From Struthio camelus (taxonomy: Eukaryota): a stretch of DNA of 64,000 bases. Of the stretch, positions 25,624-36,910 are shown piece by piece (within the stretch, counting starts at the first letter, position 1; every line of letters starts with the position of its first letter). Position numbers and translations under genes: made by a program. The notes beneath the pieces were generated by a model. The model saw only the letters and a program-made list of their open reading frames with translations, made no database searches and was not told the origin of the DNA. The stretch covers positions 204,246,640 through 204,310,639 of the forward strand of contig NC_090942.1 in the NCBI RefSeq assembly GCF_040807025.1. The letters are read 5' to 3'.

Positions 25624-25816
25624 TTGTACCAAATTTGACAACATTCACTCTTTGTCTTAAAGAAAATTGTTCCAAAGCATGTAAAGCAATCTGCTTCGCT
25701 TGCAGTAGGGCTGAACCTGCCATGGAATTGGAGCAATCTAAGCAAATAATAATTTCATTGGACGGATGCACTTCTTCAGACGTTACAAACTCTGGCTGGA
25801 ATACAAGCATGCAAGC
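25624..25816 (-). CDS. PARP4: PARP4 coding exon (phase 0 in, phase 1 out), start of the vWA domain: ACMLVFQPEFVTSEEVHPSNEIIICLDCSNSMAGSALLQAKQIALHALEQFSLRQRVNVVKFGT.
   Basis: It matches human EACMLVFQPDLDVDLPDLASESEVIICLDCSSSMEGVTFLQAKQIALHALSLVGEKQKVNIIQFGT. Acceptor tcctcag|gct and donor acaa|gtgagt. Confidence 0.8.
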
Positions 25817-28800
25817 CTGAGGAGAGAGAAGCAAGATCATCATTGCAGTGGATGAGTATTACTTACTTCATTCAAAGTGTATGCAAGTATTTTCTTATGG
25901 AATTAGAACGGAATATAACCATATATCAAAGTTTTAGCAAATATATTTCATTTATTCTTAATTCTTGAAAAGTGCAACTTCCCTGTTTTTTAACCTGTAT
26001 CCCTGTTCTCACATGAAAAACTGGAGAAGGAATGTTGTGGGTTTTTTTGTTCCTACCCAATTTATTCTTTTGCAATCAGTGCTGGATTCACTTCTCCAAG
26101 CAAAAAAGTCTCAGATCTTACGTTTTACAGTCATCACTGCCACCATCAGCTTGTGACAAGGTATTAGAACTAAAAAATATGTGTAGCAGAAAAGTATATA
26201 CTGCCCCCTCCATGAGCAGAGAGGCTATAAAAAAAACTAAACGCCTTGAAAAAGCGGAACAATAACATGCTTGAAGGCGTGAAAGGGTCTCCAATAGGAA
26301 GGAAAGCTTTGCAGTCTAGAAACACAAATAAGAATTCCTTTCTTTCTCCTCATCTCAGGGCAATATCAATATCATTATAGTCATCAGAAAGGAACCCCTG
26401 AACTAATCCCTTTGAACAAGCAACTCTGATTAAAAGAGGGGGGGGAAAAAAAAAAGACATAACTATCAAAGAAAACAATCTAATCTGTCATTTTACATGT
26501 TTTAATCAATTTCAGTACTGTATTAACAGGACTGGTAACAGCAAGACTTTCCATTTCACCTCTGTAGCATTTTGTCTTATTTAAGAAAAAACTTTGATAA
26601 GCAGCAGCTGAAAATAGCTAGAAGTGCCACGAGCTCCGCTCTTACCCTAGAGATGAAGAGCTGTGGTCACACAAAATTGCAGGGGAATGAGGTAATTTCT
26701 AATAATGTGGAATCACATATTTAAAGATATTCTGTTAAGCTTTAAACTTATTTCTCAGGCAAGGAGTTACTGCCAGTAAAGACAAAAGAAGGCTGAGCTG
26801 ATCCATTCTTCCCTCCCTAACCTTTCATTAATGTCTCCCAGGGCTGATAATGGGCTCTTCATGACATGGTCACAGCTGCATCCACATCTGCTTCTGGCTA
26901 ATCTGAGGCTGCAGAACTGCTCTCTAGGTCTATTTTACTTGTTAGAGAAAAAGATTAGATTTAAATGCCTTTACAAATAATCACTGCAACAGTAAGAACT
27001 TCACCAGAACGTGAAATCATCTAGGAAGGCTAAGTCCCTTAAAATAAAACACTGACAGATTCTATAAACATTTGTGTGTGTGTTGTAAACGTAGCCCTGC
27101 AAAATTTAGATTTTGAATCTTTTTTTTTTTTTTTCTCCTTTTTTTCCTTCTTTTTTTCTTTCTGATCTCTTATACATTTTCTATATAATGGTCTGGAAAA
27201 TAAAATAGCTTAAAATGCTGCATATTTTTAGATCAGTATAGCGACTGCATGACTCTGAAGCTACTTAGTTCCAGCCTCAGCCATGCAACATCTAAATCAA
27301 ACACTGTAGTTGCATCTCTATGACATACCAACTGCAGCACAACAATTAGAGAGAAAAAAAATTGGCGTTTTAACAGAAACATGACTAGACACAGAGTGTT
27401 CAAAATACACCTCAACATTTACTCTATTACAAGACAAAGGATAAAATAAAAGGGACAAGACTCTATGCGACTGAAATGAAAAACTCATTTTTGGAGAATA
27501 CTCAGCTTGGGTGGGGGGGGTGGAAATCAAACTGAACATTGCCTATGATGTGAAATTGTTCATCTTTCACCCATCAAAAAATAAACTGTTTCTATTATAT
27601 TTTAACATTGTCAGTATTATCTCAGGAACAATATAATAGTTTATGCTTTTATCATTGGAACTTGGGTCATGCCCACAATTACTGTACCTCACTCTTTTTG
27701 TTGGGATGCTTCTCTACCCACATTCGGGGCAGATAGACTTGAGAAATCCAGATTTCTAGAGCAAAGCCACTAACGTCCAAGGAGCTGTTCTCCACAGTCT
27801 TAATTACAGCCTTACAATCTGTTTTCTAGAAAAGAAAAAAAAAGTAATTAGCATATTTATTTAGCAATAATAGTACAGTAAAGGGTAATTACTTGTACAA
27901 AACAGCGTTTTAAAACAAGCTTGTGATTTGTGAGGACAGGGAATGAAGACAGCACATTTAATTGGAAATCCCAAAGGTTTTTGCTAAAAAGGTTATACAA
28001 AGTTCATGAGGTGCAGTTTCTATTTACATATTATATTCTTTAACATATCATTCACTTCCTTGAATATATTTTAATATACAAGGTTTCAAGGTATTTTAAA
28101 GCTTCAAGCACAAGAGAAGTTTTTATCTGAGACAGGAACAACCAGTCTGCAGAATGAACCCTCTGTACAAACCAGACCGATCTAGTGCACACCCTTCGTA
28201 GCATAAAACGTCCATTTTAAATGCACAGCAAAACTGCTAAGGCAGAGGCATAGTTATAGTGAAATTAATTCACCTTTATTTTAAGTTCATGTGTCCAACT
28301 GTGTATGCATTCAATACTGTATGGCATCTCAATAGACATGTCCAAGGAGAATCCACTAGATAAAGAGAAAAGAAGTGATCAAATGGCATTCCAGAGAAGA
28401 AGATATTTAAACTGCACGTCATGACATCTCTGTGACAATGAGCTGTTTCCTGTCTTTTTTAACTCTTTGGAGAGAGGTGCTGAATACTGAACTACTTAGA
28501 CAAATTTCTGTCCCTAGGATACTCAAAAAATAACCTTGCTGATTCACCTTTAAAGGCCAGAAGGGATCAACAGGTCATTTGACATGATTTCTATAACACA
28601 CTAGCATTTTAACCAATTATTTCTTCATTTAGCCAAATGTTTTATTTGTCTAAAGCATGACTTCCTAACAGATAACCAACGTGGATTTCAGAGAAAGCAA
28701 GTTCATCAGTTCCCTTTGCTACCTGTTCCAGTCCTCACTGTTAAAGTGCACACCTTTTCTTCCTCATTCAGATTTCAGTCATCGGTTCCTGTCAGGTTAT

Positions 28801-30018
28801 TTTGTAGCCAGATAAAAAGCAGTTTGTCAGATGGTATTTTCTGTCCCCGAGACACCTGATCGCCTTCCCCACACAATATCTATTCTTAAGTGTTTCCCAG
28901 TTTTTCCAGTTGAATTTTTCCTTCATATCAATTAAAAATTGTATTATAATCATAAATTATATAATTGCAATTATATTACAATTGTAAATATCTTTTCTAT
29001 AGCTAGATGCCTACTATACAAACTGGTTAATGTATTCCTGATACAGGCAGAAACAGCATCAAACCTTTAGCAGAGCAGTACAATATTTCTATTAACAAGC
29101 AGTAAATATACTGAACAAAACTAAGATAATAGGAAACACCATTTCAAGATTAAATAAAACTTGAGAAATTTTTTAACAGATGTGATTTTGTGCATGCTTT
29201 GCAGATAGAAGAGAAAAACTAGGACATGCTCATGAGAAGCCCTTTTCATGTTTTTTTAAAACTGAAAAGCCAGTTCCTTGAAGAGCAGCTGTCTCTTTGG
29301 CATATTTACTGTTATTGCTGCCTGCATGGCTTTCGGTTTTGGTTGGGAATGGCTATCTGCGAAGTGTTACTGAAAACAGAATTATAATAATCAGTTTCCA
29401 AGAAGTATTACTTTACCAGTAACATCATAGTTTCAAATGACTGTGAACTTTTACTTAAAATGCAAATGCAAAGACTAAAATATTAAGTGCAATGAAATTG
29501 AAAATATGAAGATCCTGCAGGCTCACTAGGTTACGTGACTTGGGAATTTATACAAAATCCTTAGTAACAGAAATGCTTCTGAAACATTTAGTGAAGAAAA
29601 GAATGATGCTTAATTAAAAATTATTCCCCTATTATATTAGCTAAGTATAACAATAGAGGAGAATAAGAAGTGAAATTACATTAATCTCTTGATAATGCAA
29701 CGTAACATCACAAATTCCATACAAATAGAAAAAAAATTAAACTATGTTTTAATTTAATGAACTAAAGTATTGACAATAAAGCAGATTGAAAGCAACTTAC
29801 TTCTTTTGTGTATCTACTTGTTTAACACAAACCTTTTTCACTGTATCCTACAAAATAAAAAAGAAGAACTTTTAAACTGCCTCACTTACACAATACTTGT
29901 ATGCCACTCTACTTTTTTTTAATTACATTGCTAAGTTGGGATTGCATGGAACCCTCTCTACTTCATTTATTCATATCGATGTTATCTGAGCATAACAGTA
30001 GCTAAAATTCAGATGAAC

Positions 30019-30333
30019 CTGCATATGCTTCTCTCCCACAATTAAACTGTAGAACTCGGTATAACACAGCTTTGAAGTAGAAGGCATGATTGTTGAACAG
30101 TCAGAAATCTGATACAGGTGTATGATTTCACAGGTGCTAGCATCACAAAGAACCATCTCTGGCTCTTTGCCAGCCTTTAAACACAGAGATGACCTCCCCT
30201 CCCACCTGGACAACTCTGGAGCCATCAAGGGCATCCAAGGAAACAGATGGGCAACTTTGTCCATGAAACGGAACGATAACAGCAGAGCGTTGGACAGATG
30301 CTCAACTGTTGTTTCATGATGGAGATACACTGT
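30019..30333 (-). CDS. PARP4: PARP4 coding exon (VIT domain, phase 0/0). The donor cag|gttcat at 30019 is firm, but the acceptor is uncertain: 30333 (gtag|aca), 30300 (ttgag|cat) or 30212 (ccagag|ttg). Longest form: TVYLHHETTVEHLSNALLLSFRFMDKVAHLFPWMPLMAPELSRWEGRSSLCLKAGKEPEMVLCDASTCEIIHLYQISDCSTIMPSTSKLCYTEFYSLIVGEKHMQ.
   Basis: The C-terminal two thirds align with human …KQSFSLTMSIEMPYVIEFIFSDTHELKQKRTDCKAVI…WVEKHPE. The N-terminal about 25 aa have no human counterpart. Confidence 0.5.
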
Positions 30334-30744
30334 CTACTTTCTTACAAATAAATACATTCTACATGTCTGCAAACATCTTGCGAAGAAGGAACAGCAGCAG
30401 AGAAATCTCAGATAATGCAAAACAAAATACAACATCTAACTATAATATGTTTCAACTCAAGTCAACTTTCTAAGTACCACAGGTGTCAACAAAAATCCTC
30501 AGAGATAGTTAGAGGCCTTCTACCAATTGCAGCACTCCTGCTTGAGTTTGTGCTCACATTGCCTTTTGACACCCTTGTTATGACAAGAAAGGTTACAAGC
30601 AATCATCTTCAATAAGAGATTAAAAGGAAAATAACGATGATCGTACAAAAGCCTCTTGTGTAACTACAATCCGCTAGGCGCAGAACTTCTGCTTCAAAAC
30701 AAAAAGACACTGAAGATGCTATTTTAAGACTACTTTTAACAAAC

Positions 30745-30909
30745 CTGTGTTTTTTCATTTAATGCTTTGTCCTGTTGCCATGGTGACAGAGAAGCCGGCA
30801 AATGAAAGGCGATGCAACCATTGTGAAAATTCAGTTCAGTGACATAGGAGATTTTGATGAGAACTGTAGAGTTGGGAGGTAAGTTTCCAACACTTATTAC
30901 AAAAACATC
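30745..30909 (-). CDS. PARP4: PARP4 coding exon (VIT domain, phase 0/0): DVFVISVGNLPPNSTVLIKISYVTELNFHNGCIAFHLPASLSPWQQDKALNEKTQ.
   Basis: It matches human DVFTVSVGNLPPKAKVLIKITYITELSILGTVGVFFMPATVAPWQQDKALNENLQ. The acceptor is t(14)ag|gat and the donor is cag|gtttgt. Confidence 0.8.
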
Positions 30910-31400
30910 CTAAAAAAAAAAAAAATAGGGAGCGGGGAGGGGGCAGAAGGGAGGCTAGTTTTAATTACATCGTTAAAGCCTGCATTTTCCACCTCCAAAA
31001 ATTTAATTGCTGGTACGCCGAGACCAAATGCTGGCACTGAAAACACTATTTGAAATGATAAACTCTTAACAGTTCATTAAGATTTCTGGGCAAAACTGAT
31101 CAATAACAACTTTAAAAAATTCTTTTTTTAAAAAAGTTTTGTTTTCTTTACAAAGAAAAGCTCAAGAAAGAGAAAAATCTTATATAAGCTGTAGGACATA
31201 CTGAAAGAAAAAAAACACTAGTTTTTAAAAATGTTCACATGTACAATCTGAATAAGTTCCAGTAAAACAGACCTTCCCAATAAAAACATGATTCTGTACA
31301 GATTCCAATGGCAATATTCACACATGTCCAGATAATCTTTCTGTAATATGACCATTACAATGTTTTCATATAGGTAAACAAACCACCATATGCAACATAC

Positions 31401-31487
31401 CGGTGCATCCTGGTCCATTAGATAAGCTCCATCACCCTGACTGATAGCTTTGCTATATTCCCTATGGGCTTGTTTCTTTTCTTTAAC
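31401..31487 (-). CDS. PARP4: PARP4 coding exon (phase 0/0): VKEKKQAHREYSKAISQGDGAYLMDQDAP.
   Basis: It matches human IKEKEEAQQEYLEAVTQGHGAYLMSQDAP. Acceptor tttcacag|gtt and donor ccg|gtatgt. Confidence 0.8.
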
Positions 31488-31671
31488 CTGTGAAAGATTG
31501 TTCCAAAATAAGTTATTTCATCTATATATAAAAAACACTTAGCCAATCTTATTTCAAATGACATGACTACCTTGAAATCCAGTCAAGCGGTAACAACAAA
31601 GAACTTGAGAAAAAACAAAATTAAGTGCTTTCAAATCTTGAGATTGAATGCAAAGTGCAGTAACATTTTAC

Positions 31672-31803
31672 CTCTCCAATGATGTGTCTTCCATTGATAA
31701 AAGCTTCAAATCCACACACAGCAGCTTTATCATCCAAAGGAAAGACATATTTAGCTTCAATTGGACTACTATTTTGATTGGTGTAAGTCTGAAACATCAC
31801 TAC
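31672..31803 (-). CDS. PARP4: PARP4 coding exon, start of the VIT domain (phase 0/0): VVMFQTYTNQNSSPIEAKYVFPLDDKAAVCGFEAFINGRHIIGE.
   Basis: It matches human VIVFQTYTNKSHVPIEAKYIFPLDDKAAVCGFEAFINGKHIVGE. Acceptor atttcag|gta and donor gag|gtaaaa. Confidence 0.85.
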
Positions 31804-33513
31804 CTGAAATAAATAATTCTTTCATAATTCTGTAATGTTAAAATATGATAAAAACAGCAATACTTCTAGTGTAACATCGTAACTACTTCGCACTGCAAAA
31901 TTTCAAAAAGTATCCCCTAATTGGAAGACTTATGTGTACATTAGAAACGTAAGGTAAAACATTCACCAGTGCTTGAGAAACAGGTACATCCAGAAACATG
32001 CAAGGGACTGTGGAACTTCAATCTCTAAATCATTAATCAAATCTCTTCCAGAAGAAAAGTCAACCATGGCCTTCTAAAGGTTATTTGGTGTACTGGCAGA
32101 GCTAGAGCTGTCAAGCTACTCTTTACAAAAGAACAGTCCACATTAAAAAGCCACCACAGCAATATCTCTGAAATATATTCAAGCCCCTAAAGACTAAACA
32201 AGAGGGAAGAGTAAACCCCTACAAAAAATTGCTCTATTTTTAAGATATACTGAAAGGGACATTTGGAAAAACCTATATTACTTCCATATGTATAGTATCC
32301 ATCTTCTAATGACAGAATTTCTGCCTCTGAAGTAGCAGACTGTCCGGCTTTCTTCCTGCATCTGTTCTGCTCGCTTCCTGTGCATCCTAACAGGTGCCTT
32401 TGCTGGCACCTTTTCTGTCCCTTGTCATCAGACGACTTTTGATTTACGCTCTGTTCTTCAGCCTTATGCATTGTTTTCTGCTTTGGCGGACTGGATCATT
32501 GAACAGACGCTACTGGATAGTAATTTACTTCTGTAGAAAACCAGACTGAAAAAAAGATAATCTTTCATGAGAAGAATGGTTGCTCAAAGGAACCAGACTG
32601 ACTGGACAGCAGTCGCGAGTGTCAGAATAACTGAAGCACAGGTTCATCTGAAGGTAATTGTTTGAAATCTTTTTTTTTTCCTCCCTTTTTTTCCCCATTT
32701 TCTTTATTAAGGCTTTAGCAACAAAAAGCAACATAATTTGCTTCTAAGAAGCTACTTTGGCACTGGAAAACCCTGACAACAATTTCTTGAGCAGGGAGAC
32801 GCACATGCCAGAGTTCAGTAGAACCAGGGCTTTAGCACGATTGAGACCACTCTATACAGAAGTCGGTTGCAATGGGAAAAAAGTAGAATTATACTGCAGG
32901 ATAGGAAAAGACCCATGACTTGATGTGCCAAAATGTGTTTGTAGGGCATATATATAAAAAAAAAATACATATATAAATAAAAATAATAAGGTGAGCCTTT
33001 AACTTTGCCTCACTAACTTTTATTAGCTAATTTTCAGGTTAGAATAGCAAGCTCTTTTTACTTGAGGCAGCTAATTTAGGTTGTCTAACCAAAAGTTAAA
33101 AACAAACCATAGAAATGTAATTCCAGAGACCTTTAATTGTTCCAGGCATTTCTCACTGGTTTCTAATTCAGTTAGCCAACAGATTATCAAGAAAGTCTTC
33201 CATAGAGAAGTGAATGTGTAGGCTGCTGCAAAAAGTTTATTTTCAGTGGTGACTGGATGACATGTGGGCAGGAAAAAAAAAAAAACCCTCTGAAAAATAA
33301 AGTCAAGCCTTTCATTGACCAAGGAGTTTTTGGCATTTGTTTGACTTTGCTTCTCTAAAAATAAAATCTGCTTTCTCTCAGTTTCACAACTTATCTTCAT
33401 TTAGAGATAGAATTGCCATTTTTTATTTTTACAATAACTAAAACGCTATATAACAACTGGAATAATATGTCAGGCCTCCATAACGGAAAAGGACAGTAAG
33501 TAGCGTACTCTAC

Positions 33514-33638
33514 CTGTGCCACCAAGTCTATTATCCTCCCCTTGATGTTAACACTTTTCAGAGGGACACGATTTCCCACTTTGTCCTGAAGACCAGTTTT
33601 TATAGCATTCATAAGATTTGCGCTTGGTAAGGCATAGC
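33514..33638 (-). CDS. PARP4: PARP4 coding exon (phase 1 in, phase 0 out): (S)YALPSANLMNAIKTGLQDKVGNRVPLKSVNIKGRIIDLVAQ.
   Basis: It matches human …KAGLQDASGNLVPLEDVHIKGRIIDTVAQ. Acceptor tgtttag|gc and donor cag|gtagag. Confidence 0.8.
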
Positions 33639-34161
33639 CTAAACAAATAATTTAAAAAGATTAAAAAGTTATGTTTTGAAATACGTATCTGGAAAGGAGG
33701 TCTGAAACTAATCCTGTCCATCAATGGCTCACATTTATCCATGCAGTTCAGAACATACAAATTAAAAGTAATACTCAGTTTCTGTTAGAAGTACTTGTGT
33801 TTTATTGCTACCTAAGCATGATCTTACAGATCTTTAGGATCTTATAAAGTCTTTGCTTAGAATCTTTTATTTGAATTATTTAGGACTATCTGATGATTTA
33901 TGCAAAAGCATTTCCTGCTAGGTCTCTTGAAAGACACTCCGACAAAAGGACTTGCAACAGCTGTCGTAATTACGCCTACAGGAAATCTGTTAAACAGATG
34001 CTACACAGGTGCTACATGGTCATGTCTAAATTGGCAACATCTGCAAATCAATTGCAAATTATTTTTTATTAAAATGTTAGTGTCATATAAGTACTCTAGA
34101 AAGGGTTCTGGTAAATATTTAGGGTATTCTTGAAGCAAATCAAGCTATAAACATTTCTTAC

Positions 34162-34315
34162 TCTCATTCTGTAAAGGATGTGACACTGGCTGATCTTGCT
34201 CCGCTTCCACCCCAGTTCCAGGCTGAAATGGTTTTATTTGGTCTTCAGCAACACAAAACTTAACAACATACCTAATTTTAACCTGATTGGTTTTATACAC
34301 AACAAATTCGTCATC
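34162..34315 (-). CDS. PARP4: PARP4 coding exon (phase 0 in, phase 1 out), end of the catalytic domain: DDEFVVYKTNQVKIRYVVKFCVAEDQIKPFQPGTGVEAEQDQPVSHPLQNE.
   Basis: It matches human DDEFVVYKTNQVKMKYIIKFSMPGDQIKDFHPSD… and contains the catalytic Glu (DEFVVY). Acceptor ctactag|gat and donor gaga|gtaaga. Confidence 0.75.
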
Positions 34316-35064
34316 CTAGTAGAAAGAAAGAAAGATATTTTACAAGAAAAACAAAGCCATAGATATTATTCCACAAAAACCGCAAACTGATTAAGAGGTG
34401 AACCTAAATGGCACCTCATCTTGGTGCCAGGTTTTTCCACTCCATTAAGCACTCTAACACCCACATTCGCATCTGTTCTATCTTCTCATTTTGTATTCTC
34501 CACAGTCCCTCCTCTCTCTAAAGCACATCCTTGCCTTAAGAAAATTAACAAAAAGAAGAAACCTCCAATCCAAACTTCGATGGATATCTAATCAGCAACT
34601 ATATTTGTGTACTGGTACAGCTATCATCCCTGCCTTACAGCACAGACTTTAATAATGACAGGGACTACAGCAGTTGGGTTCACTCACAAAACAATGAACC
34701 TTCCATGGTGGTTACTTCTTATTTCATATAATGTAGGATATTATTTCCAAATAATAATTCCAATATCAAAGATCAGACATTTCTACAATGATTCAGATAT
34801 AATTAAATGGAGAAGGTTAATATTATTTTTTATTATTTTTTCTTGCAAGAATTTTAAATCTCTTTACAAATAGTAATAAAGAGAGCCTTAGAAGTTTTTT
34901 AGGCACTTTACAGATAGTAAGACAGATAAAGTGATTTTACGCACTACTATCTAGGTTCAGTGGCTGAACTCAGAAAAAGGTTACATTCGTTCTACTATCT
35001 GTCACTGGTACAACACATCCAAACTTGGTGTCTTTTCAGTTACGCAATACTGTAGAATCAGTAC

Positions 35065-35248
35065 CTCAAAATCTGAAGAGACACCTGCTGTTTTACGGAC
35101 TCCATGCACACTGTCATAACCTGATGGTGCACTATTTAATGAAAAATTTCGTTGACATAAATCTAAGCAGGAGCCAAGCGCCACATCACAAACTGCCAGG
35201 AGTCGAGTTCCATCCATTACACTGGGTGAAGAATACTTAATACTGGCA
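35065..35248 (-). CDS. PARP4: PARP4 coding exon (phase 2 in, phase 0 out), catalytic domain: (S)ASIKYSSPSVMDGTRLLAVCDVALGSCLDLCQRNFSLNSAPSGYDSVHGVRKTAGVSSDFE.
   Basis: It matches human STSIKYSHPGETDGTRLLLICDVALGKCMDLHEKDFSLTEAPPGYDSVHGVSQTASVTTDFE. Acceptor tacatatag|t and donor gag|gtactg. Confidence 0.8.
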
Positions 35249-35465
35249 CTATATGTAAAGACAGATCATAGACATTTTATTAAAACTGATGTAAATTTGA
35301 AAGTCATAAAAGCTAAGGAATTTACAAGTATTTCTGGAAAAAAGGACAGGAATAAATTTTATGATTAAATTACCTTATAGGTATTAAACATTGTTATCTA
35401 CTTAACTTGTAAAGTCAAAAGTATACAGAAAAGACAAAATAAAAAGATACCATGATTATTCAGAC

Positions 35466-35564
35466 CTAATAGAATCACTGAAGTAAATGCCACTGCCCAG
35501 ATTCCCAGTGTCAGTTCTTTCCAGGCCATGATCTTCAACGACCACTTTTGGCATAAGGAGTCCT
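35466..35564 (-). CDS. PARP4: PARP4 coding exon (phase 2 in and out), catalytic domain: (R)GLLMPKVVVEDHGLERTDTGNLGSGIYFSDSI.
   Basis: It matches human RGLLLPKVVEDRGVQRTDVGNLGSGIYFSDSL. The acceptor is (ct)n-ag|a, preceded by the (GA)n tract 35565-35590 read on the plus strand, and the donor is ag|gtctga. Confidence 0.8.
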
Positions 35565-36772
35565 CTAGAGAGAGAGAGAGAGAGAGAAAAACAACCCACA
35601 AGCGAGGCTCAAGACATTTGATACTTTTTGTATATAGTATTTGGGCTAATTCACATTGTGCAATAATGAATCACACAGGACTAAAACAAAATACACTTTA
35701 CAGAAACCATCCACAGAGAGTCAAGAAAGCCTATTCATCAAAAAATAAAACCCAAGGCAATATTAATCATCAAGACTGATTATATAAGCAATAAAGACCG
35801 TTTGCTTCTTCTATGTTTAGCAGAACGTGTCTAAGTAAAAGAACGAGTTTTAAAGGCAGAACGAGGGGGGAATGATACTTGGAAACTTTTCCACCGTTTG
35901 ATTTGCAAACATATTAGTGTGGAGATACCATCCTCAGACTTTTTGTAAGACATTTGATTTACTGACTGATGCCCACACAAACCTTTTATATAAAAGGAAT
36001 GTAAAAAACCAAAATATTTAACTAAGTTCAACAGTTTGGTAATCTACAGTTAAAATCTGCAGCGTGAGGAAAACAGAATGCTAATACGATTTTTGAAATA
36101 AATTTAGTTTTGATGCTATCATACATCAGACAAGCTTTTTTTTTTTTTTTTTTTTAAAAACATTCTTAGATTTTCAGTGTCTGGTATTCATCCTGTACAC
36201 GCTATGATGGAGATTTAAATACAAATTAGGCTATTTTAGGATATATTATTTTAGCTATGAACATTACCACCATGTTTGGGTGAACCCATGGAATTCAATC
36301 ATAGAACAAGACGTTATATTACTCCAGAAAATCAACGGGCATATTTTTAAATAATCATAAAGTGGTCATGGAGAAATAACATATAGAGGTAGAAGGAGGA
36401 TATCATCCATGGAATTTGTTCCCAAAATACAGGATAAATTATCGACACAGCCATTATTCTCCCTACTCTCTCCATTTTGTAATCCTTCATGTGGATTTAA
36501 AGCTATGCTCCTCATTGTCGTATCCAAGTGCTGCATCTGAAGTCTAACCCACTTAGAGAGTAATTAAATTCAACATTACAAAAGACTGATTTTCCTTCTA
36601 GAGGTCTGTAGAGGTATACAGATGTATCTATATAAATGTTAACAGTAAACAATTAGGTAAAACATAATGTAAAAGGGCTTTATAAAAAAAACAATTTATA
36701 AAGTCAAAATATATTTAAGAAAATAATTAATCCTGTTTCAACTTCATAAAAAAAGGGAATGTAAATTTTTAC

Positions 36773-36910
36773 CTGCAAAGAATTCCCACAAAGTTGCGCA
36801 CAGGTGATGCATGGAATAGGGACTGAATATTTCCAAGACTGCTCAGAAATTCTGCTGTTTCACCTATTCTGCCAACCTTATAAACTTGTAAAATTCTCAC
36901 TGGACAGTCA
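36773..36910 (-). CDS. PARP4: PARP4 coding exon (phase 2 in and out), catalytic domain including the NAD-binding H-x-S motif: (N)DCPVRILQVYKVGRIGETAEFLSSLGNIQSLFHASPVRNFVGILC.
   Basis: It matches human HSKSPVDVLQIFRVGRVNETTEFLSKLGNVRPLLHGSPVQNIVGILC. Acceptor tcttgcag|t and donor ag|gtaaaa. Confidence 0.8.

Noticed and set aside
30870-30885. Apparent plus-strand splice donor gttgggag|gtaagt.
   Set aside because: It lies inside a well-supported minus-strand PARP4 exon (30745..30909), so it is a coincidental match on the antisense strand.
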